Source: Candidatus Marinacidobacterium sp.
GTDB lineage: Bacteria; Acidobacteriota; Vicinamibacteria; Marinacidobacterales; Marinacidobacteraceae
Length of the DNA stretch: 64,000 nt
Direction of reading: 5' to 3'
Assembly (NCBI GenBank): GCA_965204755.1
Contig: OZ242011.1
Location: 160,001-224,000 of the forward strand
Shown here: positions 1 to 9,803 of the stretch, in pieces
Layout of the letters: every line of letters begins with the position of its first letter
Position numbering within the stretch: the stretch's first letter is position 1
Made by a program: the position numbers and the translations under genes
Notes under the pieces: model-generated
Databases searched by the model: none
What the model was told of the DNA's origin: nothing
Seen by the model: the letters and a program-made list of their open reading frames with translations, nothing else

Positions 1-1169
1 TACACCTTCCGGCCGTTGACGCCCACCATGTCCCGCCCGGCGACGAGGGAGTTCACCACGGCTTCTTCGGTGGACTGGATGACCGCCTCGAAGAAGGGGT
101 CGAGGTGGCGGTGGGCCAGCATCTCGAGCGGGGCGACGCCGCTCGAGGAGTGCGTGGCCTCCTCGTTCGCGGTGGAGAAGGCGACGAAGATGTCCCCGGA
201 GCCGTTCATGGAAATGCTCCCGAGCCGGCCGAGGGCGAGCGAAGTGCGGCGGACGAAGCGGTCGAGTTGGTTGGGGAGCAGGGGAGCGTCGGTCGCCGCC
301 ACGATGATGATCGAGCCGTCGCGACCGGCCCCGCCGTTGTCGCCCCCGCCGGCGTCGGCCCCGCCGCTGCCGTCCCCGCCGCCCTCGTTCGGCGCTTCGG
401 GGAGGAGGTCCGGGATTTCCCGGCCCACGGGCGCGCCGGCGACCCGCATCTGCGGCCGGCGTCCGAAGTTCGACTGCACCAGGACGCCGACCGTGTAGTC
501 CTTCCCGTCCGCCTCCACCACCCGCGAGGAGGTGCCGATCCCCGCCTTGAACTGGAAGGTGCGCATCCCGGTGCCGCCGCCGACCGACCCCTCGGCCACC
601 GGGCCGGAGGCGGCGGAGTCCAGCGCGGCGAACACATGCTCCCGGCGCACATGGAACCCGTTCACATCGTTCAGGAAGCCGTCCCAGGTCTCCGCCACCA
701 GCGGCAGGCTCCAGTCGCGGGAGTCGAGGTTCTCCTGCGCCCAGGCGATCGTCGCCTCGTGCACCGCCCCCACGCTGTGGGTGTTCGTGATCATCACCGC
801 CCCTTCGAGCAGGCCGCGGTCCCGGAGCCAGGTGGTGCCGGTCATCTCGCCGTTGCCGTTCAGCGTGAACCACGCGGCGAAGACCCGGCCGCGGCTCGTC
901 CGGCCCCGCGGCAGGATCGCGGTGACTCCGGTGCGCACCGGGCCCTCCCCCACCCGGAGCGGCCCGTCGCCGCGGATGATGGTGTGGTGGCCGACCTCGA
1001 CGCCGGGCACATCGGTGATCGCGTTCAGCGGCCCGGGCGTCCCGTCGAAGGGGACGCCGAGATCCCGGGCTCGGGGGCCGGCCTCCTGGGCCGAGGCCGC
1101 GCCGAGCGGGGCGAGGCCGGCGGCGAGCAGGAGCGCGGCGGCGCGGCAAGGAAGCGGGTGTCTTTCCAC
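1..1169 (-). CDS. DmpA/P1-family (S58) aminopeptidase with signal peptide, 3' end runs off the window
   Basis: Missing from the ORF track and translated by hand. GTG at 1169 follows a GAGGAGG RBS. Protein reads MERHPLPCRAAALLLAAG...RARDLGVPFDGTPGPLNAITDVPGVEVGH...NGNGEMTG...AETWDGFLND...GSVGGGTGM...GSIIIVAATDAPL...NGSGDIFVAFST, all typical DmpA motifs. Confidence 0.9.
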   Translation of the reverse strand, partial: MERHPLPCRAAALLLAAGLAPLGAASAQEAGPRARDLGVPFDGTPGPLNAITDVPGVEVGHHTIIRGDGPLRVGEGPVRTGVTAILPRGRTSRGRVFAAWFTLNGNGEMTGTTWLRDRGLLEGAVMITNTHSVGAVHEATIAWAQENLDSRDWSLPLVAETWDGFLNDVNGFHVRREHVFAALDSAASGPVAEGSVGGGTGMRTFQFKAGIGTSSRVVEADGKDYTVGVLVQSNFGRRPQMRVAGAPVGREIPDLLPEAPNEGGGDGSGGADAGGGDNGGAGRDGSIIIVAATDAPLLPNQLDRFVRRTSLALGRLGSISMNGSGDIFVAFSTANEEATHSSSGVAPLEMLAHRHLDPFFEAVIQSTEEAVVNSLVAGRDMVGVNGRKV

Positions 1170-1213
1170 GGTGGATCGTCCTCCTCGGGGCAAGCGTACG
1201 GGAAGGCGCCGCG

Positions 1214-2332
1214 TCAGCGGCGCGAAGCGGGCGGCGGCTCGCCGGGCGCGCCCCGGAACAGCGATCCGGCGGGCGCCGGCGGCCGGAAGAGGTCGCCCCG
1301 GAGCGCCGGCGGCGGCCCGGCGAGATCGAACCGCCTCGCGGCGAGGCGGAACCTCCGGGCGAGGAGGTCGGCGTAGGGCCCCTGCCCCCGCATCCGCTCG
1401 CCGAACTCGGAGCGGTAGTCCGCGCCGCCGCGGGTCTCCCGGACCAGGCGCCGGACATGCTCCGCCTTCGCGGGGTAATGCTCCTCCAGCCACTCGGAGA
1501 AGAGGTCGGCGAGTTCGAGCGGGAGGCGGAGCAGGATGTAGCCGGCCCAGCCGGCGCCGGCGGCGGCGGCGGACTCCAGGATCCGCTCGAGTTCCGAGTC
1601 GTTGAGCGCCGGGATCATCGGCGACGCCAGGACGCCCACCGGGACGCCGGCGCTGCGGAGCGCCCGGATCGTGGCCAGCCGGCGCTCCGGGGCGGCGGCG
1701 CGGGGCTCCATGTCGCGGGCCAACTTCCGGTCGAGGGTGGTGAGGGACACCATGACCGCGGCGAGACCCTCCTCCGCCATGGGCGCGATGAGGTCGAGGT
1801 CGCGCAGCACCAGCGCCGACTTGGTGACGATCCCCAGCGGGTGGCGGGCCTCCTTCAGCACCGCGACCACCGACCGGGTGATCTTCCACTCCCGCTCCAC
1901 CGGCTGGTAGGGGTCGGTGTTCGACCCGAGCGCGATCGGCGCCGGCCGGTAGCCGCGCTTTCCCAGTTCCGCCCGCAGCAGTTCCGCGGCCTTCGGCTTG
2001 GCCATGATCCGGGTTTCGAAGTCGAGCCCGGGGGAGAACCCCAGGTAGGCGTGCGAGGGGCGGGCGAAACAGTAGATGCAGCCGTGTTCGCAGCCCCGGT
2101 AGGGGTTGATCGAACGGTCGAACGGGACATCCGGCGAGTCGTTCCGGGCGATGATCGTCTTCGTGTGATCGGGAAGGACCTCGGTCGGGACGCGCCCGGG
2201 GACCTCGTCGAGCGAACCCCAACCGTCGTCGAACGCCTCTTCCCGCAGTCTCTCGAACCGCCCGGCCGGGTTCGAGACCGCCCCCCTTCCCCGCTTGGGA
2301 GAAGCGCCGCCGGGCGCGGTCGGTTTCGGCAT
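1214..2332 (-). CDS. PA0069-family radical SAM protein (SPL-like)
   Basis: SINPYRGCEHGCIYCFARPSHAY carries the CxxxCxxC motif, with GSNTDPYQPVER and MEPRAAAPERRL. Start trimmed to the ATG of MPKPT at 2332. Confidence 0.92.
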   Translation of the reverse strand: MPKPTAPGGASPKRGRGAVSNPAGRFERLREEAFDDGWGSLDEVPGRVPTEVLPDHTKTIIARNDSPDVPFDRSINPYRGCEHGCIYCFARPSHAYLGFSPGLDFETRIMAKPKAAELLRAELGKRGYRPAPIALGSNTDPYQPVEREWKITRSVVAVLKEARHPLGIVTKSALVLRDLDLIAPMAEEGLAAVMVSLTTLDRKLARDMEPRAAAPERRLATIRALRSAGVPVGVLASPMIPALNDSELERILESAAAAGAGWAGYILLRLPLELADLFSEWLEEHYPAKAEHVRRLVRETRGGADYRSEFGERMRGQGPYADLLARRFRLAARRFDLAGPPPALRGDLFRPPAPAGSLFRGAPGEPPPASRR

Positions 2333-2340
2333 GGTTCGGG

Positions 2341-5046
2341 CTACCCGCCGGGCTCGATTTCGACCTGCCAGAGCGTTCCCTCGCCGGGATTGAACTGACC
2401 GGTGGTCAGGCGGCGGATCCCGTAGTCGGGCACCGTAATCAGGAGCAGGCACTGTCCGTCGAGGACGACGCCGTGGTTCGAGAACGGGAAGTGGAGGTCT
2501 TCGAACCCCTCTTCCCTCCGGCGGGGCGGCAGGGACTCGATTTTCGAGGGGTGGAGGTCGAGGAAGAAGTCGGCCTCGACATCCTCTTCGCGGCAGTCCT
2601 CGCGGTGGTAGAGCAGGCGGCGTCCGTCCCGGTAGAGGTCGAAGGTCCCGCGGGCGGCAGGAGGCCCCGCCCGCCCGGAGACGATGGCGTCGAGCGCCGA
2701 GCGGTGCCGCTCGAAGTCCACCCGCGCGACGCCGGTCCAGGACGCCGGCTCCCCCGCCACCCATTGCCCGGTGCGGACGCTGGCGATGCGCCGGTCCGGC
2801 AGGGAAACCGACGCCAGGCAGGCGCCGCCCCGGACGACGCCCATTCCATCGAACGCGAAGTCCCGGTTCTCGAAGTCCCGCCGGGCGCCTTGGCCGACGC
2901 GGTCGTGGTCGAAGAGGTGCAGCAGGAAACCGGCCCTCACATCCTCCGGAGCGCAGGGCTCCCGGTAATACAGCAGTTCCCTCCCCCGAAGGTAGAGGTC
3001 GAAGGGGCCGCGGAGCGCCGGCGGACCGATCTCACCGGAACGGATGGCCCGAAGCGCCGCCGCGTAGTGGACGAGGTCGAGACGCCACTGCGCCTCCCAC
3101 AGGGGCGGCGCCCCGGGGCGCCACTGGCCGGTGGTCACCAGGTCGAAGTCCCCGGGCGGCACGGGGACCCGCGCCACGCACTTCCCGTCCGCCAGCACGC
3201 CGTACTCGGGGAAATCGAAGTCCCGGTTGACGGTGCGCCGACCGGCCGCGCCCGCTGCCCGGAAGTGCAGGAAGAACCTGGCCTCGAGGTCCTCCGCCGA
3301 GCAGGCCGCCCGCCGGTAGTACAGGAAGTCTTCCCGATGATGCAGTTCGAAGAAGGAAACCGCCGCCGGCTCCTCCCCCCGCTCGTCGAAGGCGGATTCG
3401 TACTCCGCGAGCCGATTCCGGTTCTCCGCGGCGGCGACTTCGCCCAAGTTGGGAACCAGAAAGAGGCTTTGGCGCCCGGAAACCACGCGTTCCACCCGCA
3501 GGGCCGGGTTCGAGGCGCGAAACGAACTCGACACGCCGCCACCCCCATGGATCACCCAGGCGCGGTCGGGCGCCCGGATCCGGGACCGGACGATCGCCAG
3601 CGCTTCCCGCGCGCAGTCGGTGAATCCGCGGAAACAGCCGTTCCTCCCGAAGACGAAGCCCTCCGGCCGATCCCGCAGGTAGAACCGGACCGGCGGCGTC
3701 GCCACTCCCGAGACATAGACCAGGTCCCCCTCCCTCGCCCGCCCGGCCAGTTCCGCCAGGACCGCCTCGGCGTTGCCCCCGAGCCCGAACGGCGCCGTTC
3801 GCGCGACTTCCGCCGCTCCGGCCCAAACGCCCCCGGCGAGCGCCGCCGCCGTGAGCCGGCCGGCCACCGGTTTCCGGAGGGCCGCGGCGGCGGCATCGGC
3901 GACCCGGCCCCAGACCACCGCCGCCGCGACGAACACCACCGGCCCCAGATAGGCGCCCTGGCGGAGAGGCCCCAGCGGATACGCCCCCGCGAGCGCCGCC
4001 GCCGCCGCGATGAGCAGCGAAACCCCGAACAGGGCAAGCAAAACCCGCCCGGCGAGATCCGGAGGCCGGTCCGCCGCCGGCGCCGGAGGGCGCGAAGCGA
4101 GCCTTCGCGCGAGGACGGAAGCAACGAGAAGCGCGGCAGCCAGCGCGGTGGCCGAGGTGAAAGGCCCCGTCAGGTGGTGGGCCAGCGTCTCCCAAACCTT
4201 CGACGCGGCGAACTCCATCGCCGCGAGGACATCCGACCGATCGCCGCGGTAATAGCCCGTCGACAGATGCTCCATCGTGAGGGACGCGTCCTCGAGTTGG
4301 CCGCGAAGGGTGGCGAACCAACTCCCGGCGCAGGCCGCGGCGTACGCCGCCGCAGCGGGAACCAGCCGGAGCCGCGCGCGAAGCGCGGCGCGAAAGCCTC
4401 CGCGTCGGGGTGGAGGAACCGTCGGCGACCGGGGGTGGCCGGCACCGCCCCCGAACAGGAACGCCGCGGCGAGGACCGCCCCGCCGAACAGGACGAGGCC
4501 GTACTGGACGAACGGGCCCAGGAACAGGGCCAGCGGCAACAGCGCCTTCCCCCCGCCCCCGAGATGCCGCAGCAACCCCACGATCACCAGCGCGGCGACC
4601 AGCGCGTCCAGCGAGTACTCGCGGACGCCGTGCGCCTCCGCGACGGCGGCGGCGGAAACCGCGGCCAGCGCCCCCGCGAACAGCGCCGTCCGCCGCCCCG
4701 CCCCGGCGCCCGGCAGGAGGAAGAGCAGCACCGCCACCGTCGCCGCGCTCCCGAGCGCCGGCAGGAGCCGGACGCTGAAGTTGGAGATCTCGACCTTCTG
4801 CACCACCCAGAGCGCCAGCGGATACAGGATCGGCGAAGTGTTGTAGGCCCGGGTCCGATCGACGGTCTCCGCGAACGACCCTTGGGAGTTCAGCGCCGCG
4901 ACCGCTTCGTCGTACCAGAGCGAATCCCCGGAGAGGTCGTAGAACCGGAGCGCCGCCGCCACGAACAGCACGACCACGGCGACGGCGGCGTATCGCCGGC
5001 CGCGAGGCGGCGCCGCGCCGCGGCCGGCTCGCGCGGTCGCCATCAT
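2341..5046 (-). CDS. Polytopic GT-C/ArnT-PMT-like glycosyltransferase with three C-terminal ~115-aa Cys-pair repeats
   Basis: LRFYDLSGDSLWYDEAVA after the first TM, PILYPLAL, VRLLPALG and VREYSL, about 10 or more hydrophobic segments, then three repeats of F.LY..G..L.Y.RE.C..EDV.A.F.L.L...DF.F...GV...G.C...V..P......TGQW/F. Confidence 0.75.
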   Translation of the reverse strand: MMATARAGRGAAPPRGRRYAAVAVVVLFVAAALRFYDLSGDSLWYDEAVAALNSQGSFAETVDRTRAYNTSPILYPLALWVVQKVEISNFSVRLLPALGSAATVAVLLFLLPGAGAGRRTALFAGALAAVSAAAVAEAHGVREYSLDALVAALVIVGLLRHLGGGGKALLPLALFLGPFVQYGLVLFGGAVLAAAFLFGGGAGHPRSPTVPPPRRGGFRAALRARLRLVPAAAAYAAACAGSWFATLRGQLEDASLTMEHLSTGYYRGDRSDVLAAMEFAASKVWETLAHHLTGPFTSATALAAALLVASVLARRLASRPPAPAADRPPDLAGRVLLALFGVSLLIAAAAALAGAYPLGPLRQGAYLGPVVFVAAAVVWGRVADAAAAALRKPVAGRLTAAALAGGVWAGAAEVARTAPFGLGGNAEAVLAELAGRAREGDLVYVSGVATPPVRFYLRDRPEGFVFGRNGCFRGFTDCAREALAIVRSRIRAPDRAWVIHGGGGVSSSFRASNPALRVERVVSGRQSLFLVPNLGEVAAAENRNRLAEYESAFDERGEEPAAVSFFELHHREDFLYYRRAACSAEDLEARFFLHFRAAGAAGRRTVNRDFDFPEYGVLADGKCVARVPVPPGDFDLVTTGQWRPGAPPLWEAQWRLDLVHYAAALRAIRSGEIGPPALRGPFDLYLRGRELLYYREPCAPEDVRAGFLLHLFDHDRVGQGARRDFENRDFAFDGMGVVRGGACLASVSLPDRRIASVRTGQWVAGEPASWTGVARVDFERHRSALDAIVSGRAGPPAARGTFDLYRDGRRLLYHREDCREEDVEADFFLDLHPSKIESLPPRRREEGFEDLHFPFSNHGVVLDGQCLLLITVPDYGIRRLTTGQFNPGEGTLWQVEIEPGG

Positions 5047-5782
5047 CGGCAAGTTCCCGACCTACCGACCCGGCTCGACTTCGACCTGCCAGAGCGGTCC
5101 CCCGCCGGGAGCGAACTGACCGGTGGTCAGCCGGCGGATCCCGTAGTCGGGAACGGTTACCAGGAGCAGGCACTGCCCGTCGAGGACGACGCCGTGGTTC
5201 GCGAACGGGAAATGGAGGTCTTCGAACCCCTCTTCCCTCCGGCCGGGGAGGAGGGACTCGACCTCCGAGGGGTAGAGGTCGAGGAAGAAGTCGGCCTCGA
5301 CATCCTCTTCGCGGCAGTCCTCGCGGTGGTAGAGCAGGCGCCGTCCGTCGCGGTAGAGGTCGAAGGTTCCGCGGGCGGCGGGAGGCCCCGCCTGCCCGGA
5401 GATGATGGCCTCGAGCGCCGCGCGGTGCCGCTCGAAGTCCACCCGCGCAACGCCGGTCCAGGACGCCGGCTCCCCCGCCACCCACTGCCCGGTGCGGACG
5501 CTGGCGATGCGCCGTTCCGGAAGGCGGACCGCCGCCAGGCAGGCGTCCTCTTCGAGGACGCCGACGCCGCGGAACTCGAAGTCGCGGTTGTCGAAGTCCC
5601 GCCGGGCGCCCCCACCGACGCGGTCGTGGTCGAAGAGGTGCAGCAGGAAAGCGGCTCTCACATCCTCCGGAGCGCAGGGCTCCTTGAAATACAGCAGTTC
5701 CCTCCCCCGGAGGTAGAGGTCGAAGGGGCCGCGCAGCGCCGGCGGACCGATCTCACCCGAACGAATGGCCCGAAGCGCCGCC
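2341..5782. repeat. ~720-bp direct duplication (2341-3061 vs 5062-5782, offset 2721)
   Basis: Long near-identical tracts, e.g. gaggaagaagtcggcctcgacatcctcttcgcggcagtcctcgcggtggtagagcaggcg at about 2560 and 5281. Confidence 0.95.
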
Positions 5783-7617
5783 CGCCGGGCGTCGGCGTTT
5801 CGCCGGGTCCCCCTCGGAAACGCCGCGGGCGAGGCCGGGTCGTCCTCCGCCCCGGCGCGGGCCGTCGGCGCTTCGCTCGCCGCCTCCGGCGGGTCGGTCC
5901 GCTCGCCGGCGGTCGGCTCGCGACCCGGCGCCGCGCCGTCCCCGATCCGGTAGAGGAACAGTTCGCGGTTCCCGGGGGACAGCAGGGCGGGGCCGGGCCG
6001 CCGCACATCGTCGAGAGCGAACTCGGCGGCGCCGCGATGGATCTCCCGCTCCACGAGCACGCTCCCGGCGAGATACCAGGAGAACGCCCCGCTCCCGCCG
6101 AAGGCCGCCGAGCGGTAGAGCCGGGGAGGGACGAACACGATCCGGCCGGCGGTTACCGGGCGGATCTCCTCGAAGTCGCGGACGACCCGGTCGCTCCAGT
6201 CCCGCTCCCAGGCGTCGTACCCGGACTCCACCGTCCGGACGCCGGAAACCAGGAAAACCACCGCCGCCGGGACGGAGGCCAAGCGGATCAGGACACCGCT
6301 CGAACGGCGGGCGATGAACATCGATACCAGCGACCACGACGCCAACGGGACGCCGATGTAGTAGAGCGCCTCGAAGTCGTGGAATGCCGTCTGGTTCCGC
6401 ATCGCGATCGCCCAGACGAAACCGGAGAGCGCCAGGACGAAGAACGACCGGCCTCCGGGAGCGAACCACGCGCCGACGAGACTCAGCGCGGCCGCGGAAG
6501 CGCCGATCGCGATGCCCTCCCAAGCGAAGGGTTCGCGCGGTGCGTCGTCGAGGGCGCTCGCGTAACCCGGCAGGGCGTAGGGGACGACCATCCGGCCGAG
6601 CCGGTGGAATTGCTGTTCGAGGAACGGCCGCCAAGCGAGCGCCGCCGCGTGCCGTTCGTTGAAGGCTTCGTCCCGGCCGGTGCGGTAGAGCATCGACCGA
6701 AAGGAAGGGAGGTCGCCCACCGCGGTTTCGCGTCCCGATCCGTAGTACTCGGCGGCGAACTGGAAGGTCAGCATGGCCCCGGCGAACGCCAGAGCCGCCG
6801 CGCCGAGGGCGAGGCGGCGGCTCCGAAGCGCCCTCCGGACGAGCGCCGGCCCGCTCCGCCACCGGAGGCGACCGGTCCCCGCTTCGACCACGGCGCGTCT
6901 TCCCTCCGCGGCGGCCCCCGCCAGGATCCAGACGGCGATCAACGCGAGCGCATGCCACCCGAGGAACAGCGCGACCGCCGTCTTGACGAGCAACTGCCGG
7001 AACCGCCCCTCCTGCGCGAAGACCACCAAGCCGTGGAAGGTCAGGAGGAAGCCGAACAGGTCCGGCGCCCCGTCCGTCGCCACCAGGTCGGCGTAGTGCT
7101 GGTAGTAAGTGGAAAAACCGAGGAGGGTGGCCGTCAACGCGATCCACGCACTCCCGGTGAGTCGGCGCAGGGACAGGTACGCCGCCAGCGCGGCGCCCGC
7201 CATGAAGGCGAGCATCAATACCCGGGCGGCGAGGAGGTCCGCCGCGAGGCCTCCGCCGAACGCCGCGGTGGCCCCCTTGAGCAGGAGATGCCCGCCCAAC
7301 GGGAACCGGTTGTGCCATTCGGGCGTCACGGCGCCGTCGTCGTCGAGCGTCAGCCGGTAGAAGCGGGCGGGCCCCCGCCCCGAAAACAGGCTCTCGGCCA
7401 GGGCCAGGTGGTCGAAGGTGATCCGGTCGTTCGCCGGAAGCCGGAAGAAGCCGCCCCGGTGGTGGCCGTACGCGAAGACCGCCGCCAGGGCCAGGAACAG
7501 CAGTACCGCCGGCCGGGAAGACGAGGCCCCGAGCCGGCGAAGATGCCGCGCCGTCCGACTCCCGCCTCCCGGCGGGAGGACGCCGGCGGCTTCCCCCGGT
7601 TCGCGGCCCGGCGTCAT
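5062..7617 (-). CDS. Polytopic membrane protein (probable GT-C fold) with two C-terminal Cys-pair repeats, paralogous tail to the 2341-5046 gene
   Basis: Many TM segments, WHNRFPLGG, YADLVATDGAPDLFG, an A/P/E-rich linker, then two repeats nearly identical to those of the neighbouring gene. Confidence 0.7.
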   Translation of the reverse strand: MTPGREPGEAAGVLPPGGGSRTARHLRRLGASSSRPAVLLFLALAAVFAYGHHRGGFFRLPANDRITFDHLALAESLFSGRGPARFYRLTLDDDGAVTPEWHNRFPLGGHLLLKGATAAFGGGLAADLLAARVLMLAFMAGAALAAYLSLRRLTGSAWIALTATLLGFSTYYQHYADLVATDGAPDLFGFLLTFHGLVVFAQEGRFRQLLVKTAVALFLGWHALALIAVWILAGAAAEGRRAVVEAGTGRLRWRSGPALVRRALRSRRLALGAAALAFAGAMLTFQFAAEYYGSGRETAVGDLPSFRSMLYRTGRDEAFNERHAAALAWRPFLEQQFHRLGRMVVPYALPGYASALDDAPREPFAWEGIAIGASAAALSLVGAWFAPGGRSFFVLALSGFVWAIAMRNQTAFHDFEALYYIGVPLASWSLVSMFIARRSSGVLIRLASVPAAVVFLVSGVRTVESGYDAWERDWSDRVVRDFEEIRPVTAGRIVFVPPRLYRSAAFGGSGAFSWYLAGSVLVEREIHRGAAEFALDDVRRPGPALLSPGNRELFLYRIGDGAAPGREPTAGERTDPPEAASEAPTARAGAEDDPASPAAFPRGTRRNADARRAALRAIRSGEIGPPALRGPFDLYLRGRELLYFKEPCAPEDVRAAFLLHLFDHDRVGGGARRDFDNRDFEFRGVGVLEEDACLAAVRLPERRIASVRTGQWVAGEPASWTGVARVDFERHRAALEAIISGQAGPPAARGTFDLYRDGRRLLYHREDCREEDVEADFFLDLYPSEVESLLPGRREEGFEDLHFPFANHGVVLDGQCLLLVTVPDYGIRRLTTGQFAPGGGPLWQVEVEPGR

Positions 7618-7687
7618 CGGTGGGGAACTGCTGCCGCTCCCGGGCGGGCGTCCCTCGATCCGCCGGGGACGGCGCCGGCAGACGGAC

Positions 7688-8689
7688 TCAGTTGCCGCGG
7701 TCGGGGAGGGTGAAGGAGGCGGTGTGGCGGACTTCGCCGGCCGGGCTCTCGACGCGGACCCGGTGGGGGCCGGGGGCGAAGGCGGCGGCGGGGAGTCGGA
7801 GGGAGAGGCGGCGGCGGATGCGGTCGGGGACGGTAGCGAGCGATGCCTCGATCTCCTCCGGCTCGCCGCCGGTGCGGAGGAGGGCGCCGCCGCTCACCCG
7901 GGCGAGTTCGCCGAGGACCCAGAAGGGGTCCGTGTTGCGCAGCCCGCGGAGGTCCCGGCCGCGGTCCGTCACATTCCGGCCCTCGAAGGTGATGGCGTTC
8001 TCCAGGTCTTCCCGGTCCACCGAGCCGTAGACGCCGCCGACGCCCCCGGCGCCGACGGCCGGCGGGGCGGTAACGGAGAAGACCAGCGGGGCGCTGCCGG
8101 CCGCGGCGAGGAGCGGCCAGGCGTCGCGGCTCCAACTCGCGCCGTCCACGCCGTCGGTGAACAGCGCGAGCACCGGGCGCCCCGGAGCGTCGGCCAGCAG
8201 GCCGAGGGCGAGCGTCAGGGCGTTGTTCAGGGCCGAAGGGCCGCCGCTCTTCAGCGCCGCCGCCTGCTCGGCGGCCCGGGCGCAGCCGTCCTCCCAGTCC
8301 GCGTGGAGTTCCACCGAACGGGAGAAGGAGGCGAGGGCGCAGCGGTCGTCCGGCCGCAGGGCCGAGAAGAGCGCCGAAACGCCCGCGGTCGCGGCGCGGA
8401 GCCGGGGGCCGCGAACGCTCGCGGAGAGGTCCAGCACCGCGAGCACGGAGACCGCTTCGTCCGGGTCGTGGTCGAACGCCGCCTTCTCGTCGTCCACGAA
8501 GACCTCCAGCGCGGACGCCGCCGCGCCGCGGACCGCCTCGCCCCCGTCGTGGACGAAGACCTCGACCCGCGCCTCCGCGGACGGCGTCTCCCGGCGCTCC
8601 CCGCCTTCGGCTTCCGACCCGGAGACGGCGAACGGGAAGGCGGCGAGAACGAGGGCGGCCGCCGGGCGCGCCCTCCGTCCCCGGGTCAC
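7688..8689 (-). CDS. Exported VWA domain protein (short Acidobacteria-type VWFA-related)
   Basis: GTG start overlaps the upstream stop (GTGA). Signal peptide, MIDAS-like DLSAS...FTDGVD, LARVSGG, and C-terminal PGPHRVRVE. Confidence 0.8.
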   Translation of the reverse strand: MTRGRRARPAAALVLAAFPFAVSGSEAEGGERRETPSAEARVEVFVHDGGEAVRGAAASALEVFVDDEKAAFDHDPDEAVSVLAVLDLSASVRGPRLRAATAGVSALFSALRPDDRCALASFSRSVELHADWEDGCARAAEQAAALKSGGPSALNNALTLALGLLADAPGRPVLALFTDGVDGASWSRDAWPLLAAAGSAPLVFSVTAPPAVGAGGVGGVYGSVDREDLENAITFEGRNVTDRGRDLRGLRNTDPFWVLGELARVSGGALLRTGGEPEEIEASLATVPDRIRRRLSLRLPAAAFAPGPHRVRVESPAGEVRHTASFTLPDRGN

Positions 8690-9747
8690 CGCCCGCCCCC
8701 TTCGGCGCCGACCCGGACTTCGCCCTTCATCTCCTCGAACATTTCCCGGTAGTCGAGCGCCGGGCCCAGCCAATATCGCCACTCCGGCTCCCAGCGGGTC
8801 GGCCGGCGGGAGAGGAGTTCCGCCGCCGCTTCCGCCGCGCCGCCCCGGTCCCCCTGCCCCAGCCGGGCGGCCACCAGGCCGGAGACCGCGGAGGGCGACC
8901 GGCGGCCCCGCCGGAGCGCTTCGGAGAAGGCGGTCTCGGCGGCGGCGAAGTCGCCGGCGCCGAGGGCGATCTCGCCGCGGAGGAGGAAGAGCGCGAAGCG
9001 GTCCATCGCGGCGAGACGCGCGTCGCCCAGCCGGTCGAGTTCCACCGCCGCTTCCGACTCCCGGCCGAGGTCCACGAGGACGCCGGCGAGGCGGATGCGG
9101 AGCGCGGCGTCGTCGGGCGTCTCCCGGAGCAGCGCCTCGAGCGTCTCGGCGGCCATGGCCAGGTAGGGCTGCTCCTCGCGCTGCCGGCCGATCATCTGGA
9201 GCATGCGGGCCTTGCCTTCCAGGAGTTCCCGGTCGCCGGGGAGGTCGGCGAGCGCCTTCTCGTACGCCGCCACCCCGGCGCTCGAGTTCAGGGCGACCTG
9301 GTACGACGAACAGACGGCGAGCCACCAGCGGCGGAGCCAGTCCTCGCGGCCGGCCTCCGCGGGGAGCGCCCGCAGCAGGTCGTCGGCCAGGTCGAGGTGG
9401 TGTTCCGAGTCGGCCCCGGCGAGCGCGGCCGCTTCCGTGTGGAGGAGCGCCGCGGTCTTGAGCAGCAGGGGCCGCGGCCCGGAAGCCTCGAACTCGGAGA
9501 CCACCCGCCGGGCGTCCTCGGCCCCGTAGCCGGCGAGGGCGCGCCCGGAAGTGATGAACAGCCCGCCCCGGGTCTCGCCGAGGAGGGCCAGGTAGCGGTC
9601 GAGATCCAGTTCCTGCGCCGCCGCCTCGCCGGCGAAGCCGACCGCCAGGAGCGCCGCGGCCGGCAGACGCCCGAAACGCGGTCGGGCCGGCCCCCGGCGG
9701 CGCCGCATCCGGCGGATTCCCGCGGTCCCGGGGGCGGCGGTATCCAC
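8686..9747 (-). CDS. Exported TPR-repeat protein
   Basis: Signal-like N-terminus and helical repeats (YEKALADLPGD, LRGEIALGAGDFAAAETAFSEALRR). Confidence 0.75.
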   Translation of the reverse strand: MDTAAPGTAGIRRMRRRRGPARPRFGRLPAAALLAVGFAGEAAAQELDLDRYLALLGETRGGLFITSGRALAGYGAEDARRVVSEFEASGPRPLLLKTAALLHTEAAALAGADSEHHLDLADDLLRALPAEAGREDWLRRWWLAVCSSYQVALNSSAGVAAYEKALADLPGDRELLEGKARMLQMIGRQREEQPYLAMAAETLEALLRETPDDAALRIRLAGVLVDLGRESEAAVELDRLGDARLAAMDRFALFLLRGEIALGAGDFAAAETAFSEALRRGRRSPSAVSGLVAARLGQGDRGGAAEAAAELLSRRPTRWEPEWRYWLGPALDYREMFEEMKGEVRVGAEGGGR

Positions 9748-9803
9748 GATTCCCTCTTCCCGGAGTATCGTAGAGGAACACCCCGCCCCCGCCCCGCCGC
9801 CCG

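Noticed and set aside
2341-5782. Possible diversity-generating retroelement TR/VR pair
   Set aside because: Both copies are coding C-termini of about 720 bp, the differences do not look adenine-specific, and no reverse transcriptase is present in the window.
2473-7713. 1,746-aa plus-strand ORF
   Set aside because: It is antisense to two well-formed membrane protein genes, and stop codons are scarce at this GC content.
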